DNA from: an uncultured Desulfobacter sp.
GTDB lineage: Bacteria > Desulfobacterota > Desulfobacteria > Desulfobacterales > Desulfobacteraceae
Length of the DNA: 64,000 bases
Direction: 5' to 3'
Assembly: GCA_963665095.1 (NCBI GenBank)
Contig: OY762069.1
Coordinates: 1,728,001-1,792,000 of the forward strand
Position 1 is the stretch's first letter. Each line of letters starts with the position of its first letter. This document shows, piece after piece, positions 1-10,586 of the stretch. The notes beneath the pieces were generated by a model, which ran no database searches, was not told where the DNA came from, and worked only from the letters and a program-made list of their open reading frames with translations. A program made the position numbers and the translations under genes.

Positions 1-1
1 A

Positions 2-439
2 AAAGAAGCGGCTTTATCTGAAGGGTTTGACGGTTACCTGTCAAAACCCATCCATCTTGACACACTGTTATCTGTATTATCCCAATATCTGACCTACAAA
101 ACCCTTACTGCCGCACCGGGTGCAGTTGCAGGCCCCTGCGACCGGCTGCCTATAGGAAAAGCGGATCAGCCGGACGTCCTTTGCCGGCACTTGAGAAATG
201 ATATATTGCCCTTGTTTGACAACCTGAAAAATGCCTTTATCGCAAGTGACTTTAAAAAGCTGGGGGAAAACCTTGCTAAAACGGGAGAAGAGTTCAACAT
301 AAAAGAATTTTCTGACCTGGGAAGCCACATGCTTGACCTTTTAAACGCCTTTGACATCAAGAAAATGCAGGACTGTCTGCAAAGATATGCTAAAATCATT
401 GAAACATCCATCCCCAACCTGGAGAGGCCCCATGAGTGA
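2..439 (+). CDS. 5'-truncated C-terminus of a probable hybrid sensor kinase (end of receiver domain plus Hpt-like helical tail)
   Basis: Frame open from base 2: KEAALSEGFDGYLSKPIHLDTLLSVLSQYL (REC end, KP motif), in frame with ORF 191..439; overlaps the start of the next gene. Confidence 0.7.
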   Translation, partial: KEAALSEGFDGYLSKPIHLDTLLSVLSQYLTYKTLTAAPGAVAGPCDRLPIGKADQPDVLCRHLRNDILPLFDNLKNAFIASDFKKLGENLAKTGEEFNIKEFSDLGSHMLDLLNAFDIKKMQDCLQRYAKIIETSIPNLERPHE

Positions 440-1013
440 AGAGACCACCTTAATCCTGATTGTCGATGACAATCCGGAAAACATTCAGTTTTTAGGCAGT
501 TTATTAATGTCCAACGGGTATGAGGTGGGTGTGGCCCATAATGGGATTGAGGCGCTGACCTTTTGTGAAAAAAAACTGCCGGATCTGATTCTGCTGGATG
601 TGATCATGCCTGAGATGGATGGGTATAAGTTCTGTGAAGAGCTGAAAAATAATTTAAGAACCAGCCACATTCCGGTCATTTTTTTAACGGCCAAAACAGA
701 GACCCGGGACATTGTAAGAGGATTTAATGTGGGCGGCGTTGATTATGTTGCCAAACCATTTATCCCGGAAGAACTTCTGGCCCGGGTCAAAACCCACGTT
801 GAGATGAAGCACTTAAGACATCTGATTCCCATCTGTTCTGTCTGTAAAAAAGTCAGGGATGTGAACGGCTACTGGGAAAGCCTTGAGGCATATGTTGAAA
901 AATATTCAGATGCATCCTTCAGCCACGGCATGTGCTCCGATTGCGGGGACAAGTTATATGGAAAAGAACCGTGGTATATTGAAATGAAAAAAAATGCCAA
1001 GGGGCCGTCTTGA
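432..1013 (+). CDS. Response regulator (REC domain plus C-terminal Cys/His motif domain)
   Basis: ILIVDD...[11 protein letters not shown]...IFLTA...AKPF receiver motifs; C-terminal CSVC...SHGMCSDC; ATG at 432 after GGAGAGG. Confidence 0.9.
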   Translation: MSEETTLILIVDDNPENIQFLGSLLMSNGYEVGVAHNGIEALTFCEKKLPDLILLDVIMPEMDGYKFCEELKNNLRTSHIPVIFLTAKTETRDIVRGFNVGGVDYVAKPFIPEELLARVKTHVEMKHLRHLIPICSVCKKVRDVNGYWESLEAYVEKYSDASFSHGMCSDCGDKLYGKEPWYIEMKKNAKGPS

Positions 1014-1215
1014 TTTTCCTTTAATTTATTTAAAATTTTGTCTATAAACCCCAGCGCTGTATTAAATTCACCCAACACTGTATAAAGTTCAGGTTGGGAT
1101 CGGATGTATGGATATGCTACCGGTATTTCAGCATGTCTAATCCCTTTAAAAAATTCTTATGCAACGTCGGGGGAAACACCCTTCCGGAAATGAAAGTCAG
1201 ATCAGAGGTCAAACG

Positions 1216-2502
1216 TTGAAAATTTTGGATCTGGGCGCAACTGAGAAAAATGTATTTGCCCGCCACCTTGTCTATTCACTCATCGAAGGAATTCTGGCCG
1301 GTATTGTGGTCCTCAACGAGTTCGTGTTTATCAAAAGCCTGAACGGATCACAGATGCAGCTGGCCGTTCTTTTTCAAACCAGCATCATTGTGTTTCTTTT
1401 CTCTGTTGTGATCCATGAGCTGGTCAAACGGTTTAAAAAGAAGACAACCCTTAAAGCAACAGCCTTGATCACCCGTGTCCCTTTGCTGCTGACCCTGTTT
1501 TTCCCGAAAACAGCGCTGCCTCCCCGGGAAATGGTGCTGTATCATTATCTGTTTGTGCTGATTTTTCTTTTTTATTACCTCTCCATGCCCATTGTGTATC
1601 CGATTATCAACAGCATTTTGAAAAACAACTACAGCCATGCCCATTTTGGGACGTTATACAGCTATGCCACCATGACCAATAAAATTGTCATGATGATCAC
1701 AACCCTGATTTTTGGATGGATGCTGGATGCCAACCCCTTTTCATTTGTTTATGTTTACCCTGTCATGGGAATTCTTGGAATCATCTCCCTGTTTCTGTTA
1801 TCCGGGGCGGTCAGAGTGGACTATTTTCAGTCAAAGGATGAGACCCTTTCTTTGACAGCCTCCCTTGGCAAGTCATTACGGGATATGAAGACCATTATCC
1901 AAACCAACAGGCCCTATCGCGATTTTGAACTGGGGTTTATGCTTTACGGCTTTTCATTCATGCTCACGGCATCGGTGATCACGCTCTTTCTGGTTGAAGC
2001 GCTCAAGCTGAACTACACAAGCATTGCATTTTACAAAAACGCCTATAATGTCATAGCGATTCTGCTACTGCCGTTTTTCGGCAATCTTATCGGCCGGACA
2101 GAGCCAAGAAAATTTGCCGCATTCACCTTTTCAACCCTGCTTTTACATCTTTTTTTCATGGGGCTGACAGAATACTTTCCCTGGTTTTGGGATGTCGGGG
2201 CATACCGATTTTATCTCTTTGTGGTGATCTCCTTTGCCTGGAACGGTGTGTTTGCCGCAAGCATGCCGCTGTTGTGGAATATCGGTTCCGCCTATTTCTG
2301 CAAAGATGATGATGCCGCAGTTTACCAGTCAGTCCATCTGAGCATGGTCGGGGTCAGGGCGCTGATTGCGCCGCTGTTCGGCATCTGGCTCTACCAGGAT
2401 ATCGGATTCACAGGGGTGTTTGGCCTGGGCATATTGCTGCTGGCCTTGTCTGTCCTGGTCATGTTCTGGTCCATGAGACACAATCAAAAAATCCCCAGAT
2501 AG
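1216..2502 (+). CDS. MFS transporter
   Basis: About 12 hydrophobic segments over ~430 aa; TTG start at 1216 after GAGG (alternative ATG at 1159). Confidence 0.8.
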   Translation: MKILDLGATEKNVFARHLVYSLIEGILAGIVVLNEFVFIKSLNGSQMQLAVLFQTSIIVFLFSVVIHELVKRFKKKTTLKATALITRVPLLLTLFFPKTALPPREMVLYHYLFVLIFLFYYLSMPIVYPIINSILKNNYSHAHFGTLYSYATMTNKIVMMITTLIFGWMLDANPFSFVYVYPVMGILGIISLFLLSGAVRVDYFQSKDETLSLTASLGKSLRDMKTIIQTNRPYRDFELGFMLYGFSFMLTASVITLFLVEALKLNYTSIAFYKNAYNVIAILLLPFFGNLIGRTEPRKFAAFTFSTLLLHLFFMGLTEYFPWFWDVGAYRFYLFVVISFAWNGVFAASMPLLWNIGSAYFCKDDDAAVYQSVHLSMVGVRALIAPLFGIWLYQDIGFTGVFGLGILLLALSVLVMFWSMRHNQKIPR

Positions 2503-2655
2503 TGCCCTTCGGGGCAGCAGCACACGGCGCTCACCATAACCAAATCGAAAAAAAACTTGCTTTTTCCCTGAAAAAACGGCAGGATGCGAACCTTTGCCAA
2601 AGCCTTTCGGGCATTGCCCGAATTTTGCCATGTTAATTTAGGAAAGACCATATAA

Positions 2656-4272
2656 ATGATTTTCGCAGATAACATCTCCCTTGCCTATGGCAAGCGGGTC
2701 CTGTTCAAAGATGTCAACATCATGTTTAAACCGGGGAACTGTTACGGCCTCATTGGAGCCAACGGGGCCGGGAAAAGTACCTTTTTAAAAATTCTTGCAA
2801 ACGAGATCGAACCGGATACCGGTACTGTATCTGTTGGTCCAAAGGAACGGATTGCCGTGTTACGGCAGGATCATTTTGCCTTTGACAACGAAAAGGTTCT
2901 CGACACGGTCATCATGGGCCATGAAACGCTTTACCGGCTCATGGCCGAACGGGATGCACTGTATGCCAAACCAGACTTCTCCGAAGCGGACGGAATCCGT
3001 TCCGCAGAGATAGAGGTGACGTTTGAAGAGATGAACGGATATGAGGCAGAGTCCGAAGCAGCTGTTCTCCTGAAACACTTAGGCATTGATGAAGCGCTGC
3101 ACACAAAAAAAATGAAAGAGCTGGAAGGCGGTGAAAAAGTCCGCGTTCTTCTCGGACAGGCCCTGTTCGGCAACCCCGATGTCCTGCTCCTTGACGAGCC
3201 CACCAACAACCTGGATATCGACTCCATTACCTGGCTCCAGGAATTCCTGTTCCGGTTCAAGAATACCGTGATTGTGGTTTCCCATGACCGGCATTTCATG
3301 AACCAGGTCTGCACCCACATCGCAGATATTGATTTCAGCAAGATCTCGGTCTATGTGGGCAACTATGATTTCTGGTACCAGGCAAGCCAGCTGAACCTGA
3401 AACAGAAACTGGCAGACAACAAACGCATGACAGACAAAGCAGAGGACCTCAAAGCCTTTATCCGCAGGTTTTCCTCCAATGCCTCCAAATCAAAACAGGC
3501 CACCTCCAGAAAAAAACTTCTGGAGAAGCTGACCATTGAGGAGCTGCCTGTCTCCAGCAGGAAGTACCCTTTTATACGATTCACTCCGGAACGGGAATGC
3601 GGCAATATTATCCTTGAAGTGGAAGGTCTTTCCAAGACCATTGAGGGGGAAAAGGTCCTGGACAATGTGAGCTTCCGGGTGAATGCCGGGGATAAAATCG
3701 CCTTTGTGGGCCCCGACAGCCTTGCCAAAACCGCGCTTTTCGATATCCTGTCCGGAAAGATGCAGGCGGATCAAGGCAGCTTCAGATGGGGTGTCACCAT
3801 CAGCCATTCCTATTTTGCCAAAGAACACGGTGACTTCTTTGAAAAAGACCTTGACCTGATCCGTTGGCTGCTCCAGTTTGCCCCGCCAACCGAGGGCGAA
3901 AGCTTTGCCAGAACCTTTCTGGGCCGGATGCTTTTTTCCGGTGAAGATGCCTTGAAAAAGACCCATATGCTTTCCGGCGGGGAAAAGGTCAGATGCATGT
4001 TTTCAAAAATGATGCTGGCCCAGTCCAATGTCCTGATGCTGGATGAGCCCACCAACCACCTGGATCTTGAGTCCATTACCGCCCTGAACGACAGCCTTGT
4101 GGCCTTCCCCGAAGTGGTGCTGTTCACCTCCCACGACCATGAATTTGTCAACACCATTGCCAGTCGTATCATTGAGATAACACCCGATGGAATCATCGAC
4201 CGGCTCATGTCCTATGACGACTACCTCGAAAGCCGGGAGGTCAGTCGGACACGGGAAAAATTAAGCGCTTAA
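2656..4272 (+). CDS. ABC-F family ATP-binding protein (YbiT/YkpA-like, ribosome-associated)
   Basis: Two ABC cassettes (GANGAGKST, LLLDEPTNNLD, LSGGEK, LMLDEPTNHLD), no TM segments, helical linker. Confidence 0.93.
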   Translation: MIFADNISLAYGKRVLFKDVNIMFKPGNCYGLIGANGAGKSTFLKILANEIEPDTGTVSVGPKERIAVLRQDHFAFDNEKVLDTVIMGHETLYRLMAERDALYAKPDFSEADGIRSAEIEVTFEEMNGYEAESEAAVLLKHLGIDEALHTKKMKELEGGEKVRVLLGQALFGNPDVLLLDEPTNNLDIDSITWLQEFLFRFKNTVIVVSHDRHFMNQVCTHIADIDFSKISVYVGNYDFWYQASQLNLKQKLADNKRMTDKAEDLKAFIRRFSSNASKSKQATSRKKLLEKLTIEELPVSSRKYPFIRFTPERECGNIILEVEGLSKTIEGEKVLDNVSFRVNAGDKIAFVGPDSLAKTALFDILSGKMQADQGSFRWGVTISHSYFAKEHGDFFEKDLDLIRWLLQFAPPTEGESFARTFLGRMLFSGEDALKKTHMLSGGEKVRCMFSKMMLAQSNVLMLDEPTNHLDLESITALNDSLVAFPEVVLFTSHDHEFVNTIASRIIEITPDGIIDRLMSYDDYLESREVSRTREKLSA

Positions 4273-4306
4273 AAAGGGATCCGGAAAGGTCAGACAGAAA
4301 AACAGG

Positions 4307-5494
4307 ATGCGATCAGAATACGACGTGGTGATCATCGGTGCCGGTGCTGCGGGACTGATGTGCGCAGCCCAGGCAGGTCTTCGGGGGCGGCGGGTAAAGG
4401 TCCTTGATCACGCCCCAGAACCCGGACGCAAAATCCTTATGTCCGGCGGTGGCCGGTGTAATTTTACAAACCGCCAGGTCAGTGCACAGAACTATATTTC
4501 ATCCAACCCGCACTTTGTAAAATCCGCCCTGAGCCGATACGAGCCCCGGGATTTCATAAAACTTATCCAGGGCCACGGCATTCGGTTCAGCGAACGGGAA
4601 CATGGACAGCTTTTCTGCACAGGCAGCGCCAGGGAGATCCTTTCCATGCTGCTTTCAGAGTGCAACCGTGCGGGCGTTGTCTTTGGATTAAACACGGACA
4701 TCACCGGAATAGAGCGGCTGGATCCGGGCCCTGGTTTCAGGCTCAATACAGCCGGGGAAGAACTCATGGCCTCTTCCCTGGTCATCGCCACCGGCGGGGT
4801 CTCCATCCCCGGTGCAGGAGCCACCCCCTTTGGCTACAAGGTGGCAGAACAGTTTAAAATTCCGGTGGTGCCTCCCAGACCGGGGCTTGTCCCGTTAACG
4901 CTTCAGCCCGGGGACAAGGCAGTGCTTGCCCCCCTGGCCGGGATCTCAGTCAAAGCCCGGGTCAGGTCAGGATCCGCCTGCTTTGAAGAGCAGCTTCTGT
5001 TCACCCACCGGGGTCTCAGCGGCCCTGTGATTCTCCAGATCTCCTCCTTCTGGCAGCCGGGGACAGCTCTGACCATTGACCTGTTACCGGATGAAAATTT
5101 AGCACAACGACTGGAGACAGAACAGAAAACCCGGCCCAAACGCCACCTGAAATCGGTTCTGGCCGAACGACTCCCCAAACGCCTGGTTCAGATCCGCATG
5201 ACAAAAAAACAGTTGAACCGTCCTGTTGGCTCAATTTCCCATCAGGAGATCCAAATGGCCGCAGACGCAATCCATGCCTGGCAAATTCAGCCGGGCGGCA
5301 CTGAAGGATACCGGACTGCCGAAGTGACCGTGGGCGGCATTGACTGCCGCAGATTTTCTTCCAAAACAATGGAATCCAGGGACATTCCCGGGCTGTATGC
5401 CATCGGCGAAGTTCTTGATGTCACGGGCTGGCTGGGCGGTTACAATCTTCAGTGGGCCTGGTCTTCGGCCTGGGCTGCGGGCCAGGTGGTCTGA
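4307..5494 (+). CDS. HI0933/YhiN (BaiN-like) NAD(P)/FAD-dependent flavoprotein
   Basis: IIGAGAAGLM, GRKILMSGGGRCNFTN, LFTHRGLSGP, GEVLDVTGWLGGYNLQWAWSS family motifs. Confidence 0.93.
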   Translation: MRSEYDVVIIGAGAAGLMCAAQAGLRGRRVKVLDHAPEPGRKILMSGGGRCNFTNRQVSAQNYISSNPHFVKSALSRYEPRDFIKLIQGHGIRFSEREHGQLFCTGSAREILSMLLSECNRAGVVFGLNTDITGIERLDPGPGFRLNTAGEELMASSLVIATGGVSIPGAGATPFGYKVAEQFKIPVVPPRPGLVPLTLQPGDKAVLAPLAGISVKARVRSGSACFEEQLLFTHRGLSGPVILQISSFWQPGTALTIDLLPDENLAQRLETEQKTRPKRHLKSVLAERLPKRLVQIRMTKKQLNRPVGSISHQEIQMAADAIHAWQIQPGGTEGYRTAEVTVGGIDCRRFSSKTMESRDIPGLYAIGEVLDVTGWLGGYNLQWAWSSAWAAGQVV

Positions 5495-5622
5495 ACACTT
5501 CTTTACCGCAGTTGTTGTAAAATAGTATCCCATTTAATTTCGTAACCATTTTACTATCTTTACATTCGTTTCGATCCTATTTAAAATACGGATTGTTAAC
5601 AAAAACACAACGCGCTTCTCCA

Positions 5623-8031
5623 ATGACATATATACAGATTGAAAACCAGCAGCTCGTCTCCCTGGCGGTTAAATGCAAGTTCATTTCTGCAAGTCAGGAA
5701 CAACAGGTATTGTCCGGACTGATTGAAGCCTACCAAAATGATCCAGAGCATAGCGTCGTAACGATCTTCATAGAAAAACAGATCCTTACCCAGGAAAAGA
5801 TCAACGCCCTGATTGCCTTGAGAAAACACCTCAAAGTAAAAATGCTCGACAAGCGGTTCGGAGAAATCGGCATCAGTAACAGGTTTATCACCCCCACGCA
5901 TGTGGAAAATGCTCTGAATGCCCAGGATGCGTTTTTCCGGGAAAACCAGGAAAGTAAAAAAATCGGCGATATTCTTGTGGAGAAAAATGAGATGAGCCAG
6001 GCCGACAGAACGGCCATCCTTCTCACCCAGGACAGGATCGAGGATGACATTCTAGAACAGGCCATCTACGATATTGCCACATCTGAAATGGAACGGATGA
6101 CCATTAACAAGCGCTTTGGGGCCATTGCAGTTAAATATAATTTCATCACCATTGAACAGTTGAACCAGGCGTTAAGGGTTCAAAAAAATAAGGCTGGCCC
6201 GGAAAACAGTAAGCAATATCTGGGTAAAATACTGCAGGAACTTTTTAAACTGACGGACCGGGATATTCTTTCCATTTTAAAAATTCAGAAACAGTTTGAA
6301 AAGGATCGATTATCCCTTGAAAAGGCTGTCACGCTTTACAAATCGGAAATCAGTTCAAGCAAACGATTTAATCAATTATTTGAATTCACCATTTCCAGGA
6401 ATAAAATGCAGGCTTTTGTCCAGCGCAAAATAGAATCCGTTGAACAGATGGAACCCGCCCATTTTTATAACTGGTTAAAGCTCAATGGGATTCGATTCGG
6501 CCTGATCAATAAGGAGTTAATCAAGGTGTTTCTGTCTGACTCCGAAACCGGTGAAAAAATAACCATCGCCAAGGGAAAGCCCCCGACACTGCCAAGTGAC
6601 GAAATCGTTCAGCTTCATTTTGATACCTCAGTGCCCACGGATGAACAGAGTACCAGTCGGCCTCAGGTTAAAAAAGGGACGGTTATAGCGACAATCCAAC
6701 CCCACAAGCCGGGGAAACCCGGGACGGACGTAATGGGACATGTCATACTCCCTTCCGAACCCAGGATGCATCTTCTGATGTGCGGCAGAGGTGTAGTGAA
6801 AAATGGGGAGAAATTTATTGCGGACCAGGATGGTGTGCCACTGCTTTTCAAGCAGAGAACCCTGTTTATTGAGCCTTGCAGCAGTGACCGGCAAACCAGA
6901 AGAGTTAAGGGACACATTGAGACCGACACAAAAGAAAGTTATCTTGATGTGAACTTAAAGGTTGACGGCAGTATCACACAGGGTGGTGCGGTGGCCTGCC
7001 ATGATCTGTCAATCACCGGGGATATACTTGGAAAGGCTGATGCCTCCGGTGATATCGATATCAGAGGGAATATCGGGGAAAATGAATCCGTTGTCCATAA
7101 GTCGGAATATCACACCGTTGTCATATCCGGCGGCAATCTAAAGGTAAAAAAAGATATCTCCCAGGCCAGGGTCGTGGCATCCCGGAATGTGACCGCCCCC
7201 AATGCCAGTGTATTCTCAAGTGACATCCATGCCATGGAAAGCATTGTCTTAAATAATGTCCACTCCAGTGAGATGCACCCTTCGGTTCTTGAGATCGGGC
7301 ACATTCCCAATTTCAGGATAGAGGCTGTTAACCGCTCCATAGATAAGGAAATGGCTGTTTTAAGAACACTTCAAAATCAGGACGAGCTGGATGAGCTGGC
7401 CTTGAAATTACAAAATTATTTCAATGTTCAAAATGAGTATCTGGAAAAAAGGCAGATCCTGACATATCTTCTTAAAATTCTGGAAGCAGATAAATTAAAA
7501 CACATAGCGTCTCTTGGAAACAAAATTCAACTGTACGAACCCGAGCCGTCAGACAATGGGGATGTGCTGTTAAACAGTGAGAATGCTTTGGCCTATATGG
7601 ACGAAGAGGTAAAACAGGTTGAAGGTCTCAGCCCTGACCAGCAGAAGGAGCGCCTGTCCCGGCGACGGGTGGATGTCTCCAAGCTCTACCGGGCCGCTGC
7701 CAACAGGGTAGAGCGGTATTCGGCTGAATACCGGGCCAGACAAAAAATTATATTGGACAAAGTAGCTGAAAAGCAGCATGAAATAAATCAGCAGAGCCAG
7801 AAAATTGACGACTTAAGGATTCAAAAAGATTTTCTTCTCAGTAAACAACCGGAAGCGCAGTCTTTCAAACCCATGATCCGTGTTAAAAACATGATTGAAG
7901 AACATACCGTCATTAAAGGCCCGCATGCTTCAGTGGTTATCAAAAAATCCATCTACGGTGTTAAAATAAGAGAGATAAAAGATGCCGTTTCCGGCAATTT
8001 CGAAATCGCCATAGAGGGATACTATGATTAG
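5623..8031 (+). CDS. DUF342/FapA-family protein with N-terminal MshEN-like repeats
   Basis: Four R/KxGxxxxxxxxxxxxxxxxxLxxQ repeats, then LKLNGIRFG..IAKGKPP..PQVKKG..PGKPGTDVMG (DUF342) and a beta-helix/coiled-coil tail. Confidence 0.72.
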   Translation: MTYIQIENQQLVSLAVKCKFISASQEQQVLSGLIEAYQNDPEHSVVTIFIEKQILTQEKINALIALRKHLKVKMLDKRFGEIGISNRFITPTHVENALNAQDAFFRENQESKKIGDILVEKNEMSQADRTAILLTQDRIEDDILEQAIYDIATSEMERMTINKRFGAIAVKYNFITIEQLNQALRVQKNKAGPENSKQYLGKILQELFKLTDRDILSILKIQKQFEKDRLSLEKAVTLYKSEISSSKRFNQLFEFTISRNKMQAFVQRKIESVEQMEPAHFYNWLKLNGIRFGLINKELIKVFLSDSETGEKITIAKGKPPTLPSDEIVQLHFDTSVPTDEQSTSRPQVKKGTVIATIQPHKPGKPGTDVMGHVILPSEPRMHLLMCGRGVVKNGEKFIADQDGVPLLFKQRTLFIEPCSSDRQTRRVKGHIETDTKESYLDVNLKVDGSITQGGAVACHDLSITGDILGKADASGDIDIRGNIGENESVVHKSEYHTVVISGGNLKVKKDISQARVVASRNVTAPNASVFSSDIHAMESIVLNNVHSSEMHPSVLEIGHIPNFRIEAVNRSIDKEMAVLRTLQNQDELDELALKLQNYFNVQNEYLEKRQILTYLLKILEADKLKHIASLGNKIQLYEPEPSDNGDVLLNSENALAYMDEEVKQVEGLSPDQQKERLSRRRVDVSKLYRAAANRVERYSAEYRARQKIILDKVAEKQHEINQQSQKIDDLRIQKDFLLSKQPEAQSFKPMIRVKNMIEEHTVIKGPHASVVIKKSIYGVKIREIKDAVSGNFEIAIEGYYD

Positions 8032-8045
8032 GTTTTCTCAGCGTT

Positions 8046-8852
8046 TTATGCAAAAACCGTTGTGGTCTGGTAGCTCAACACAGCCAGGCGGTCCTCAGGG
8101 TCCCAGACAGTGCTGCGCTCATGAACATAGCCCCTTTCAGCGCTGTCAACGGTGCAGTGATATGCCCACCATTCATTTTCAGAGCAGGTGATACGGTTCA
8201 GATGGACAAATTCAAGTGCCCATGTCATTGTGCTGGCTGCGGCGGGCTGCGTCAACATGGCCAGCACAGGCGTGGGCCAGGCATCGGCCAGGGCCACCAG
8301 CCACTCTTCGGTCAGACAGTCCGTCTCTTCCCGGAAATTGATCCAGCCGCCAAGTGCATCACCGCCTTTGCCGGAAAATGGTAAATCCCCCACAGCCCAC
8401 CGATAATCAAAATGGCGGGTAAATGCCGGTGTCAGGTCTTTAATATAAGGCAGCTCAAGGGCCTTTGACGGGGCAGGCATCTCCAGTCGTTTCACTGGTG
8501 CGATCTGGATTCTGGAGTCACGGTCTCCGCCAAAACTTCCCACAGCGGTCGAGCAGATGTTATCGTTCTGAATGACTCTTGACTCAATGGTTGTCACAGA
8601 TTTCCCGGAACGTAGTACCCGGGTCTGGATGAAGAAAGGATCTGAATTCAAGGGCCCGATAAAGGTAAACAAAAGCGTGCGGATCTTTCTTTCCTGCGGT
8701 ACATGCCCCCGCATGGACTTTAAAACCATGGCAGCCACCAGGCCACCATATACAGTGCGTCCCTGCATCCAGTCCGGAGGAACGTTTAAAGGGATTTTCC
8801 CTGTTATGTCCTGAACTTGATCCATCAAATCGGCAAATGTCGTATCAGCCAT
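8046..8852 (-). CDS. Acyl-CoA thioesterase (double hot-dog fold, TesB-like)
   Basis: WMQGRTVYGG, LRSGKSVT, LADAWP motifs; ATG at 8852 after GGAG. Confidence 0.85.
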   Translation of the reverse strand: MADTTFADLMDQVQDITGKIPLNVPPDWMQGRTVYGGLVAAMVLKSMRGHVPQERKIRTLLFTFIGPLNSDPFFIQTRVLRSGKSVTTIESRVIQNDNICSTAVGSFGGDRDSRIQIAPVKRLEMPAPSKALELPYIKDLTPAFTRHFDYRWAVGDLPFSGKGGDALGGWINFREETDCLTEEWLVALADAWPTPVLAMLTQPAAASTMTWALEFVHLNRITCSENEWWAYHCTVDSAERGYVHERSTVWDPEDRLAVLSYQTTTVFA

Positions 8853-9069
8853 ATTCTCACTCCTTATCAGATAATTCCACGTTGAAGCCATTTAAAACCA
8901 GACACCATTTTATTCCCGATTAAGAATATACATTAAGCACAGCTTCATGGATATCAATGCCGGGCACCACGCTTATTTTTTTTACCCTGCCTGTTTCAAG
9001 GTGATCCAGATGATCGAAAGGCCTCTATCCATCTTGTAAGGCCTTAAAGAATGGTATAAAAGTCTTGCT

Positions 9070-10583
9070 GTGATGCGTTTTATTTACAAGTACCGGTTTG
9101 CGGTCATTGCAGCGGCTGCATGCCTTTTAATTGCAGCGATTATCTATGCGGTCCGCTCCCCTGAGGATCGCCCGGAACTTAAGCGTGCGTCTTTTACCCT
9201 GCCCCAGGAGGATAAAGATTGGATCTGGAACAACCCCAAAGTGACCGTTGGGGTGGATCTTGACTTCGCCCCCATTGAACAGCTGGACCACAACGGCCGT
9301 TATGTGGGTGTTACTGCCGACTTTCTGGCCCTGGTCACGGAAAAAACCGGGCTGAAATTCACTATTGACGCAGACAGCACCTGGGCCTAGAGCCTTGCCC
9401 GTATCAAGGAGGGTAAAATCTATATGCTCGGGGCAGCCGGTTTTTCTTTACCCTGCCCCTTAGGGTGCTGTCGGGAAGTGCGGCTTTAGAGCCACCATCA
9501 GGCACTGCCCTGCCCCCGGGAGGCTACCGGGCCCTGCTTAAGGGGAAACGGATTCTGGTGGCAGAAGATACCCCCACCAACCAGGAGATCATCCTGGCAG
9601 TGCTGGATCTGGCCGGTGTTAAAACCGTTCTGGCCGATACCGGAGAGAAAGCCGTTGCCCAGGCCGCAGCCAGCCGGTTTCATGCCGTGCTCATGGACCT
9701 CCAGATGCCGGTGATGGACGGATTTGAGGCAGCCAGGGCCATCCGGAAGCAGGCGCATGGCCGGGATATACCCATCATCGCGATGACAGCCCACGCCCTG
9801 AAGGAGGATGAAGCACGCTGCCTGGCCGCCGGCATGGACGCCTATATCTCCAAGCCCATCAACCAGGAAAAGCTATTCTCCACCCTGATCCAACACATTT
9901 ATGCCACAGATACTGACACCTTGCCCGGGACGGAGCCGATTCCGGTCCTGAACGCTTTGGACAATACAGATATTGTTCTGCCTGAAAAGCTGCCCGGCAT
10001 AGACATTGGCCGGGCCATGGCGGCGTTAGGCGTTTCCTCCCCGGTATTCCTGCGGATTTTATCTACCTTTCTGCGGGATATCCCCTCTGTGCTGGAGGGT
10101 ATCAAATCCGCATGGGGAACAGATGACAAAGAGCGGGTCATCCGCCTGACCCACAGCCTGAAAGGCAGTGCCGGCGGTATCGGCGCAATAAAAACCCATG
10201 AGATTGCTCTGGAGATGGAGATCCTGTGCCGCAACGCCGCCTGCCTTCCCCGGATGAATGCAGCCGGAATAACAGAACTGAAAAAGGCTGTTAACGAAGT
10301 GCTTACCGCCATCTGCACCATAATGCCCTCCCCGGAATCAGACGCCCTCCCCCCGGCCCTGGACAACGGTGGTCCTGACGCTGAAAAACTGGCAACGCTT
10401 CTAAATAAGCTCGCGCATGCTCTGGAATTTCCGGAGCTGACCGAACTTGATCTCCTTCTGGACCAACTCGATGCCTTTGCCACCCATTCCGAGATTAGCC
10501 GGCTTAAGGACCAGATTCTCTCCCATGATTATGATCCAGCCAGACAGACTGTACAAAAACTTCAAACGATATTTAATGGATAG
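9070..10583 (+). pseudogene. Degraded hybrid sensor histidine kinase (periplasmic SBP ... HATPase end-REC-Hpt) with nonsense codon and large internal deletion
   Basis: SBP_bac_3-like start (VGVDLDFAPIE...YVGVTADFL...TW), TAG at 9388-9390, reading on as SLARIKEGKIYMLGAA; then switches frame at ~9430-9440 into GSRFFFTLPL followed by REC (VAEDTPTN, LMDLQMP, SKP) and Hpt (HSLKG). Confidence 0.8.
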
Positions 10584-10586
10584 CCC

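Noticed and set aside
2503..2655. Small hairpins upstream of the ABC-F gene as an attenuator
   Set aside because: Short stems (TGCCC-TTCG-GGGCA; TTCGGGCA-T-TGCCCGAA) with no leader peptide or U-tract; insufficient support
9388..9390. In-frame TAG as possible pyrrolysine/readthrough codon
   Set aside because: The gene is also destroyed by a deletion and frame change ~45 bp downstream, so a nonsense mutation is the simpler explanation
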